A DNA stretch of 57,023 nucleotides from NCBI GenBank assembly GCA_002811645.1, contig PDIP01000031.1, forward strand, positions 143,497-200,519. Reading direction: 5' to 3'. Every line of letters starts with the position of its first letter. The first letter of the stretch is position 1. This DNA is from Corallochytrium limacisporum Hawaii. Lineage: Eukaryota > Protista > Pluriformea. Made by a program: the position numbers and the translations under genes. Of this stretch, positions 8,896 to 17,613 are shown piece after piece. A model generated the notes under the pieces. That model was not told the origin of the DNA and ran no database searches. It saw only the letters and a list, made by a program, of their open reading frames with translations.

Positions 8896-10902
8896 TCAAC
8901 CCTTCATCATGCCTTGGATGCGTTTTTCAAGATCATCCAGCGTGCACAGATCGTCTGTATCCAAAGCCCGAACCTTCGAGTTCGCCACAGACTCCGGAAT
9001 AGCCTGTATCGGCGGCATTGCGGGCGATGCGGGACGGTTCGGAGTGAAAGTACCCGCCGGATCCGCACCATCGCTGGTCGATATCGGTGACCCTGGGACG
9101 TTCGGTGTGGTGTTGCCAACACCGAGGAACATATCGCTCGTGACACTCGATGCCGTCGATCCCTTTGTTACTGATCCGTTCTTGCCACCGGCTTCTTTGA
9201 CGTTCTCGCCACCAGCAACACCGGCATCGTCCTTGTCGTCCAGGGGTTCTGCATCGGTGCCAACACCATTCTTTTTGTCGTCCAACTGCTCTCCTTCGGT
9301 ACTATCACCATTTTTCTTGTTGCCCGCCGCCTCTGTATCGACCTCACCACTGTCCTTCTTGTTGCTCATCGCCTCTGTATCGACATCACCACTGTCCTTC
9401 TTGTGACCCTGTTCCTCGGATTTTGCATCACTCTCCTTTTTGTTGGTGCCAAGAGCCTCTGCGATTTCAGCTTCGACGTCGACATCGAGTTCGGAGGGGA
9501 TATTGGAGGTATTCAATGGTGATGACATCGACTTCGGTGATGGAGGGATCTCGGGTGCGCCAGGGACGGCCAGGGACGGTTGCGGCGTGGTAGACTTCGA
9601 GCCGGGTTGCGGGCTGGCTCCGTTACTCTGCGTCGACGACTGATGACTGCGCCGCTTTTCCCCCCGTTTGCCCGCGTTCGGATCCGTGGCCTCCATCATT
9701 AAAGGGATACTGTACCGCTTCTTGTAATCATTCTCTGATACATTGTAGTAGGTATCAATACTGCGACGTTTGTCGGTGACGCCGGAATTCTTCTTCTTCA
9801 GTCCACCCAACAGACGGCTCAGGCGCTTCTCCTTCTTGATGCCTTCTTTCTCCTCTGGGGCGTTTTGTTGTGTCAGCGCTAGCTGGGCGTCCCTGAGCTT
9901 GCGCTCCAGCAACAGACAGTACACGGTTTTAATGTACGAAGTGTCTTCCTTGCTCAGGGCCTCGCGAATATCCTCCTCCGTGTGGCCAAAGAGTTTGATT
10001 TCCTCAACCAAGTCGTCGTCTATCGACTCAATGACCGTATTCCTGGGAATGACATAGTCGTACGGCGGTGAGTTGAAGCCCATAACCATCCATTCATGGT
10101 GCCGAATCTGCTCCATGGTCATGCGATGTTTAACCTTCTTGGCCAGCATGCCATCAATCAATGATCGAGCTTCCCTACTGACGTGCGCAGGGTACTGCAA
10201 CGGCACATTCACGATGCGGTCAAACAATTGCTCCAGGTTTGGTGCCACGAAAGCCACCGTGCCCGTCAAAATGAAATACAGCGCACAGCCAAGTGACCAA
10301 ATGTCCGCCGGTGGCCCCGCATACGCTTTGCCTTCAACTAGTTCCGGAGCAGCGTAAGATGGGCTACCGATGAACGAATTGAGAGTGTCGTCCGGGTTGA
10401 AGGCGTTGGTGAATCCGAAGTCGATAATCTTTAGATTCTTACGTTCGTCATCAAAGATCATATTGCTGGGCTTAATGTCACGGTGTACGATCTGGTTTTT
10501 GTGCAGGTAGTCCATGGCACTAATAATTTGACGGAAGTACCTTCGGGCGTGCTTCTCCTTCAGCGCACCATGCTTACGTACCCACGCGCTGAGTTCTCCG
10601 CCGCTCATATATTCCATGATCAATACAATGTTCTCTTCTGTCTCGATTACTTCATAGAGGCGGCAAATGTTTGGATGGTGCAGGAGCTTCCAGTACCGAA
10701 TCTCGCGCTGCAGATACCGACGGCGGCGCTGGGACTTTTCGTCCGTGCCAGAGATCATGCCCTTGTCAACGAGCTTCAGAGCGACTTTCTCGTGAGTACT
10801 AATGTGGGAACCGGTGCGTACTTCTGCAAAGGACCCCTTACCAATGGCCTTCTCTACTCGGTAGGGACCGCAAAATGTATCCTTGCCTTGTGTCCACCAC
10901 AT
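8896..10902 (-). CDS. AMPK-related (CAMKL) Ser/Thr kinase, Kin1/Par-1/MARK-like, with UBA-like domain and long acidic tail
   Basis: GKGSFA, VALK, HRDIKPSN, DFGF and GSPSYAAPE motifs. The post-kinase SPPYDYVIPR...IDDDLV region is UBA-like. The first ATG is at 10902 (the ORF track starts at a TTG). Confidence 0.93.
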   Translation of the reverse strand: MWWTQGKDTFCGPYRVEKAIGKGSFAEVRTGSHISTHEKVALKLVDKGMISGTDEKSQRRRRYLQREIRYWKLLHHPNICRLYEVIETEENIVLIMEYMSGGELSAWVRKHGALKEKHARRYFRQIISAMDYLHKNQIVHRDIKPSNMIFDDERKNLKIIDFGFTNAFNPDDTLNSFIGSPSYAAPELVEGKAYAGPPADIWSLGCALYFILTGTVAFVAPNLEQLFDRIVNVPLQYPAHVSREARSLIDGMLAKKVKHRMTMEQIRHHEWMVMGFNSPPYDYVIPRNTVIESIDDDLVEEIKLFGHTEEDIREALSKEDTSYIKTVYCLLLERKLRDAQLALTQQNAPEEKEGIKKEKRLSRLLGGLKKKNSGVTDKRRSIDTYYNVSENDYKKRYSIPLMMEATDPNAGKRGEKRRSHQSSTQSNGASPQPGSKSTTPQPSLAVPGAPEIPPSPKSMSSPLNTSNIPSELDVDVEAEIAEALGTNKKESDAKSEEQGHKKDSGDVDTEAMSNKKDSGEVDTEAAGNKKNGDSTEGEQLDDKKNGVGTDAEPLDDKDDAGVAGGENVKEAGGKNGSVTKGSTASSVTSDMFLGVGNTTPNVPGSPISTSDGADPAGTFTPNRPASPAMPPIQAIPESVANSKVRALDTDDLCTLDDLEKRIQGMMKG
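9235..9402 (-). repeat. Coding tandem repeat, 4 x 42 bp (14 aa), in the kinase tail
   Basis: KKDSGDVDTEAMSN / KKDSGEVDTEAAGN / KKNGDSTEGEQLDD / KKNGVGTDAEPLDD. Confidence 0.85.
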
Positions 10903-12670
10903 CTTTGCCAATATAAGACTGTCTACACGTGTGTGGTTTAAATTCTCGTTTCACTCTGGTTTCTCTCAATCGGAACTTGAACGATGATTCATGGTTCGAC
11001 TCTCCGTCCTGTGTTGTCTACCCGTACTCGAATATGTCTCTAAGTTCAGTATGAAAATGAACCCTCAGTGTCCCGTTGGGTATCTATTCCCGACTCTACA
11101 AACACTGGTAGTGCCAAAGATTTGTCAACAACTCTTCAATGACAAAGTTTTCAACTAGCTTGATCCCTATCAAGAGATTACAACATACAAACCTTTGCAC
11201 AGATATCAGAAATTCAAGGCCAGCAAGATATGCCAGTCCGTGGTTTATTGTTTTTTCATTGCAGTGTAACCTTTCTTCTTCTTTTGGCCCCCGACTGTCG
11301 TCGTTCCTTCTTCCAATCTCTCCCTGTTTCTTACCACTATTCGAATCAGCAACAACAGCATAGCTTCCGTATTCGCCTCTTTTCTTCAGTGTTCTGCCCC
11401 CATGGTATAATCAACCTCTATCCCATTGCATGACGCACAACAGACTATTCAGCGTGTAACTGCGTAAGCGTTCAGTGGGCACAAGCCGACCAAGGAAGGG
11501 TCTGCATCCCAACACGAATGCAACAGTTCCATTTCTAAACATTGGCGCACGGATCATGTACCAAAAAAGTTACAACCTTGCGCGCGTTCTCCTATTCATA
11601 TATATGGGTTACCCGCCGCTCTCAGTCCAACGGGCGCAAAAAGGAAATAAGCAATTTCACACCCCAATGACCCACCCCCACAACTTACCCACACCCACGA
11701 CCTTATTTTTGCAAGAGAGCACGAGTGTTGGCCGACGTTACGGTGGAGAGAGAGGGACGGAAGGGACACACAAAGATTTCAGGACAGAGCGAACAGTGGG
11801 GAAGCGGAACAATGCAAAGAGAGAGCACTGCCGAACCCACAGTTTCAACGACAGCACCCTGACGATTTCAAAATTCGCGAGCAGTGCCCGACCTAGTAAT
11901 AGTTGGTTGACAATCCACGATAGCGGCGGTGATCTCTCTGTCTATGGTGATGAAATTGAGAACCCCACCGCTCTTTAGCATGCCCGGCAACACTACCCGC
12001 CCCGTGGGCAGTTGTAGCCGGCTGTGTTTCTTTCTTTATTTTTTTTTCGGGGACAAAGCCAAGGCGTCACCGGTCTTCGGGGTTCAGGAGCCAGAGCCGA
12101 TCGATTCATGCACCGCCCTCCCCCCCTAAACCGTTGCTGTAGCAGGACCGGGATTCATATTCAATGCACAGTGTGTTTGGAGTGAAGAGTGACCCGGATC
12201 GCATACCCGGGAAAGCCTTTATTTTAGGGCACCACTACCACGATTGCCAGTAGCCGAGCGACTGAAACGAATGTGGTGCGAGCGGAGACTAATGAGCCAC
12301 TCCTCCGCAAATGAATGGTAACCACACCTAACCCACAGTGCCGTACCTAACACACAGGAGAGACTGTGAATGGCCTTCCCACTCCGAGCAACCCTCTCTC
12401 TACGCCTCTCCTGGTGACCCTGCCCCGCGAAGAGGGGGGGTCCCTTCCTTAAATTCTTTCGGCCCTTCGTTCAGAACCCCCCAAGACCCCCCCAACCCCG
12501 GTCCAAGTGACCAAGGCCCAAAGGGGAGAGAAGAGCGCGAGAGGGAAAAGAAAGAGAAGGGAAGGCCCCGGGGGGGGGGGAGTACACAGCACAATGGCTG
12601 CTATTGTCCCGGCTCCTGCGCTGTGATTGGTTCAAAACTTCTGACTCTGCCTCACAGTGCTTGGGTCTGT

Positions 12671-12688
12671 GTGAGTGAGTGAGTGAGT
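12671..12688 (+). repeat. (GTGA)4 microsatellite
   Basis: gtgagtgagtgagtgagt, followed by (GT)n and a T run. Confidence 0.7.
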
Positions 12689-13326
12689 GTGTGTTTTTTT
12701 TTTGGGTGCACTCGGCCCTCGCTTTCTCTTCCCTGCCTCCCATTTTTTTGCTGCTGCCCTTGCGAATTTTCGCCTCCCCCCCCATCCCCGGAGGGAGGGG
12801 TGTCGTACTCTCTGTCCGGTGTTCTACGCTCCTTCCCGGCGATTCAGCCAAAACCCGCCTCCCAGCCAATTTCTAAAAAAAAAAAATTAACCGAATCGAG
12901 ATAAAAGCCCCGAGGGTCTCCCAGGGCAGGGATTAGGACTCGATGCGACCCGGTGGAAAGCGTTTGATTTGGAAGGGGACAAATGGACGAGAAAAAAAAA
13001 ATTACACAGACGCTCCCTCGGGGAGGGAGTCAAGCAGCCGTCGGTGGGGATGTGCGGTCCGTCGAGGAGGCCGTGGCAGGGGCAACCAAAGTGCCGTGCC
13101 CTCCCTTCTGCCATGTTGGGATCTGCTGGTGTTCTGGATGTCCGGGGAAATGAATAGTCTGCTGATTTTGCGTGCTTTCCGGGACGAATCTCGACCAAGG
13201 GAGATACAAGCGTCTGATACTCTGATAGATCTGTGCCTGCATTCATCAGAATTACTATGCCGCAGTAGATTGATATGTGCTAAAACTTATTGTGTATTTC
13301 TACTACCGTCGGGTTCATCACCACCG

Positions 13327-16300
13327 TCAACGTGACTCCTGCGGAATCCAGTCATTACCCATCATCAGCTGTGGATTTGCGGCCTCGCGGTCAATATGAA
13401 CGACGTGTCGGAAGTTCTCTGGGTTGCCAATATCCGCAGTAGTGATCTTGTTTTCGCGACGACCAAACATCCGGGACTTGGGCCGTGGCTTACCTGTGCC
13501 AGTGGCCGTGCCGGTTCCGTCCGTACCATCTTCCTTCTGTACAGTCTTTGCGAGGGCCTCCTGGTGGAGTAGGAAGAGTTCACGCTCCCTTAGTTTGGCC
13601 TCGTGCCGGGCCATGGCCTGCTCACGAAGAAGTTGCTTCTTTTCCATTTTCTGCAATGCGACTTCGCGGTTACCAAGGTCGCCTTCCTGGTCCCGCAATT
13701 TGGTAAAGATGACGTCCACTTCTCCTTTCCAGGTCGTCTGCATGGCCGTCCAGCTGAGCTTGTCACGTGTGACAAGTTCGCTGGTTTTGATCTTTGATAG
13801 GGCCTTGGTAATGTCCGGGAACAGAGGTCGCCCGTGCGGCTCTGAGTTCCAGCAGCTAAGCAGAAACTCCTTGAGATTCTGTGGACAGGAACTCGGGATG
13901 GGCAACGACAGCCGACCAGTGGCCACACCGTACGCCACGGCAATCTGGTCAATGTCTCCATAGGGAATCTTTCCCGTTAACATCTCCCACACCACGACGC
14001 CATAGCTCCAGACGTCAGCGGCGAAGCTGAATAGTGAGGACCGGATAACTTCTGGAGCCATGTACGCAAAGGTACCGGCCTGGCTCATTTTCGTCGTGTG
14101 CGTACTCTTCCGAGCGAGGCCGAAGTCAGAAATCTTCATGCTCATGTCCGCGCTGATAAGAATGTTTTGAGATTTCAGGTCACGGTGCAGGATGTTCAGA
14201 CGGTGCAGGTACTGCACACCGTCCGCAATCTGACTAGCCCAGTTTACCAGAGCATCTGGTGCCAACGAGTGGCTCTTCAGGTACTTACTTAGTGTGCCTC
14301 CAGAAACGAACTCCATGACTAGACAGAAGTTCGGCGGCTGAGTGACTGCACCAATCAACCGAACAATATGCTTATGGTTTAGATTCGATAGATACGATGC
14401 CTCGGCGTGAACCCTATCGTACATTTCGTTGTCACCTTCACCTTCATGACTGTATAGCATCTTGACCGCAACCACATCGGTTCGATAGGTACCCTTATAG
14501 ACAGTTGCAAACCCACCCTTGCCAATGCATTCCGCGAGCTCGAGATCATCCTCTGCAACCTCCCATGGCGAAACTCTCTTATGCTTCCTGATCGCTGGCT
14601 TAGAACCACTAGAGCTCGCGGCCTGAACGGTAGCCGCCGAGACGGTGGTCTGCGTGAGATCCGTGCTCATCTGCGAAACGTCCGAGTCCTCCTCCTCAAA
14701 GTTCGAAGCGCATACCTCCGATCCATGGTCCCCGCGTGCAGTTGCCCATTCAACGTAATTAGAGGGAATCACTCCGCTCTTGCCATTCCGACTGGCCTTG
14801 ATCCAACCATCCGTCTCTGCTGAGCCAAGGACTTTCATCACATCCCGCGCCTCGAAGCCCAGTTCATCACTACGCGTCGATTGGTAGTCGTATAGAGCGA
14901 CGCAGAGATCTCGCGCGTCGTCCTCATCCATCAACTGAATGTATGTCAGCGGGCAGATGCCCTCCGTGCCTCCCTTGGCACACAGCCACCAGCCACTAAA
15001 GTTGGTCTCCAGACTCAGAACAACAACAAGTTCACCTTCCTCAAAGTCCAGTTCGTCTTCGTCGTTTGAATGGCGGGAGTACAGAGTCTTGCCAATGGTG
15101 TAGCCTTCCAACAGTTCCTGGGCGACAGTAGGGCTCAATTCCATGTCTAATTCACTACCGGAGCGCGTGGCACGGATAGTTGGCGGGCCTTCGTAGTCGT
15201 CGAAGGCACGGCCCCCTGTTACAGTGTGAGTGGAATACATTGAGTAATTTGAGCGAACTGATGTGGCACCCGGGCTCTCTGGTACACCCACCGCCGGGCT
15301 CAGCGGAACAGGGGACCCCACGCTGGCGTCGCTGGCAAGGACGCTGGCACTGTGCGGCGGTATGTATGTAGGGGGCCTGCGGGCCTGTGATGTGGTACTG
15401 CTCATGGAAGTAGTACTGAGCTGATGTGTTAGTGGGGCTGGGTGAGGTGGTCGATGTACTGGTGTCACTGGAGACCGGTGCCGCGCCATAGAAGAGCTGT
15501 CCGCTGTTCCAGCCGCCGGCGTCGGCGTTGTGGCTGTAGGTGGAGCCAGTGGCGGTTTCTTGTGTGGCTGTGGTGAGCCCACGCTGCCCCGCGCACTGCC
15601 ACCAGGGCTGATGGTGGCATCCGCTCCTTCTTGGATGCCCAATTGCGCCGCAATGCGCTGAGCCAGCGCACCAACTTTCGGCGGTGAGGTGTCCCCGCTG
15701 GTGCTGTCTCTGAGACCACCAGCGCTACCTCCTCCACTCCCAATCGATGTCTTCCCGATGGACGGGCTCATCGGTGCCGCATCTGGGGCGGGTGAGTCTG
15801 CGTAGGATCCACTGCTGCGCCGCGGTCTACGTGGAATCTGGGGCGCCGGCGCCTTGGGAGTGTCTCGCAGGGTGCTGCCTGTATTGCCGCCATGTGCCGC
15901 CCGAGATACCGCCGCCGTCAACCACGGAGCAGTATGGCGATGCGAAGACGAAGGCCGTCGCGACGGTTTCTTCGGAGGTACAGGTGGGGGTGCCCCCGCC
16001 TCCAGAGCGCGAATGATTGTGGGCACCTGTTGCGGGACCACCATGCCTTCAAATATGTGGCGCGTGCGCGTGAAACTATCCTGTCCCTCCGTACGCGGGC
16101 TCGAATTTTGCTTGAACTTGGTGGCCAGGGATGGCGGCGCTGGTGGTGGCATCTTGACCGTGGTTCCAGTTGTGATCGTGCTCGTCGGTTTCTGTTTCGT
16201 CTGCAGTGTGGGTGAGGACGTAGATGGTGATGGTGGCTTACCACTACCAATAGGTCGCGCGGGTTTCACTGGCGATGACCGTCCCCGAGCCCGTCCGCTG

Positions 16301-17613
16301 ACAGATGGAGAGGTTGATGACGATGGCGTTCCGCTAGGGGTGCCTGGTGACCCACTACCCGCATCATCGTCGCCCATGGCTTTGCGTCGTCGCGCCAAAG
16401 CGCTTGCCAATTCGTTGTCAACGGCAGTAACTGCCTTCTCGATGCTCTTCTTATCTGCATCACTGTGACTGCGCTGGTGACCGCTGCGACGCATCGATCC
16501 AACACGGCCCGAAAATTCTGATGCTTTCTCTTGCGTAAGGTCCGGTGAGCTGCTCCTATCCACAAAAGGATTCCGGTGTATGTTGTCTGCGCTTTCTGTC
16601 CTTAATGTATCTCTCCGAGGTGTGCTGCCGCTGCTGGAACCCCAGCCAGGGTCTTGCGTTTGGAACGGGTTCGATGTCGTCGTCGTGGACAACCCGAATG
16701 GGTTCGTAGTGGCTGTGCTGAAACTGCTCATTGAGCCGCTGCTGACATCATATCCTCGCAAAGTTTGATCAAACCCGGGATAACCTCCCAGCTCAGAACT
16801 GTAAGCGTGTTGCTGTCCCATGCCCATCTGTGGTACCACCTGTTGCTGCTGCATCATATACTGCTGTTGCTGCTGTGCTAAAAACTGTTGCTGTGCCATC
16901 AACTGTTGCTGCTGCATAAGTTGCTGCTGTGCCTGTTGCATTTGCCAGTCCTGCATACCCATTTGTGGCGCTCCCATCATCGGTTGTGCGAACCCGTGGC
17001 CCATTCCCATTCCACCCATGGTCTGCTGAGGGAGAAACTGTTGCGATTGCATCTGTGGCATACCAAGACCCGGTGGAGGCATTTGTTGCTGCGGTGCCAT
17101 TTGTTGCTGCTGTGGCATCTGTTGCTGTGGTGCCATCTGTTGCTGTGGTGCCATCTGTTGCTGTGGTGGCATGGCAGATGAAGCCATCCCGTGCTGTTGC
17201 TGTGATGGACGCTGCTGCTGTTGTTGTTGTGGTTGTTGCTGCTGCTGCTGCCAGTTTGTCTGAGTCTGCGGTGTCTGTGGAGGAGGCGCAATACCACTTC
17301 CAGCAGTGGCGCCAGCGCCCTGCTGTGGCGGCATTTGTCCAGGTCTAGGTCTCGGAATTGCTTTGGGTGATACCGATCCGTGGTTTAAATTTGTCTGTGG
17401 TGGTGGTCGTAAGGGTGCAGACTGAACAGACGGATTCTGAACAGGCGGGTTCCCATGTGACCCATGTGGCTGCCCGGGCTGCTGCCGCTGTTGCTGTTGA
17501 TTATTTCTATTTGCATACTTGTTCTTCACAAATGGATCAAAGTCAACAAGGTCCGGAGACTCGGGCACCGGGGGTTGGTTTCCCCAATTGTTATTGTTGT
17601 TATATCCCGACAT
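13327..17613 (-). CDS. MLK: Mixed-lineage kinase (MAP3K9/10/11/21-like): long disordered N-terminus, 2 SH3, TKL kinase, leucine zipper, CRIB
   Basis: 1428 aa. Kinase motifs HRDLKSQN, TTKMSQAGTFAYMAPE and AVAYGVATGRLSLPIPSSCP are MLK-typical. Zipper MQTTWKGEV...LRDQE, CRIB IGNPENFRHVVHI, two SH3 domains at about 14750-15096. Confidence 0.93.
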   Translation of the reverse strand: MSGYNNNNNWGNQPPVPESPDLVDFDPFVKNKYANRNNQQQQRQQPGQPHGSHGNPPVQNPSVQSAPLRPPPQTNLNHGSVSPKAIPRPRPGQMPPQQGAGATAGSGIAPPPQTPQTQTNWQQQQQQPQQQQQQRPSQQQHGMASSAMPPQQQMAPQQQMAPQQQMPQQQQMAPQQQMPPPGLGMPQMQSQQFLPQQTMGGMGMGHGFAQPMMGAPQMGMQDWQMQQAQQQLMQQQQLMAQQQFLAQQQQQYMMQQQQVVPQMGMGQQHAYSSELGGYPGFDQTLRGYDVSSGSMSSFSTATTNPFGLSTTTTSNPFQTQDPGWGSSSGSTPRRDTLRTESADNIHRNPFVDRSSSPDLTQEKASEFSGRVGSMRRSGHQRSHSDADKKSIEKAVTAVDNELASALARRRKAMGDDDAGSGSPGTPSGTPSSSTSPSVSGRARGRSSPVKPARPIGSGKPPSPSTSSPTLQTKQKPTSTITTGTTVKMPPPAPPSLATKFKQNSSPRTEGQDSFTRTRHIFEGMVVPQQVPTIIRALEAGAPPPVPPKKPSRRPSSSHRHTAPWLTAAVSRAAHGGNTGSTLRDTPKAPAPQIPRRPRRSSGSYADSPAPDAAPMSPSIGKTSIGSGGGSAGGLRDSTSGDTSPPKVGALAQRIAAQLGIQEGADATISPGGSARGSVGSPQPHKKPPLAPPTATTPTPAAGTADSSSMARHRSPVTPVHRPPHPAPLTHQLSTTSMSSTTSQARRPPTYIPPHSASVLASDASVGSPVPLSPAVGVPESPGATSVRSNYSMYSTHTVTGGRAFDDYEGPPTIRATRSGSELDMELSPTVAQELLEGYTIGKTLYSRHSNDEDELDFEEGELVVVLSLETNFSGWWLCAKGGTEGICPLTYIQLMDEDDARDLCVALYDYQSTRSDELGFEARDVMKVLGSAETDGWIKASRNGKSGVIPSNYVEWATARGDHGSEVCASNFEEEDSDVSQMSTDLTQTTVSAATVQAASSSGSKPAIRKHKRVSPWEVAEDDLELAECIGKGGFATVYKGTYRTDVVAVKMLYSHEGEGDNEMYDRVHAEASYLSNLNHKHIVRLIGAVTQPPNFCLVMEFVSGGTLSKYLKSHSLAPDALVNWASQIADGVQYLHRLNILHRDLKSQNILISADMSMKISDFGLARKSTHTTKMSQAGTFAYMAPEVIRSSLFSFAADVWSYGVVVWEMLTGKIPYGDIDQIAVAYGVATGRLSLPIPSSCPQNLKEFLLSCWNSEPHGRPLFPDITKALSKIKTSELVTRDKLSWTAMQTTWKGEVDVIFTKLRDQEGDLGNREVALQKMEKKQLLREQAMARHEAKLRERELFLLHQEALAKTVQKEDGTDGTGTATGTGKPRPKSRMFGRRENKITTADIGNPENFRHVVHIDREAANPQLMMGNDWIPQESR
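17080..17250 (-). repeat. Coding low-complexity repeat: PQQQM(A) units of about 18 bp and polyQ
   Basis: Five PQQQ(Q)M units (plus-strand tggtgccatctgttgctg) next to CAG/CAA runs. Confidence 0.85.

Noticed and set aside
10991-11010. GGTTCGAC, a tRNA T-loop/B-box-like sequence
   Set aside because: The flanks do not form a T-stem or cloverleaf.
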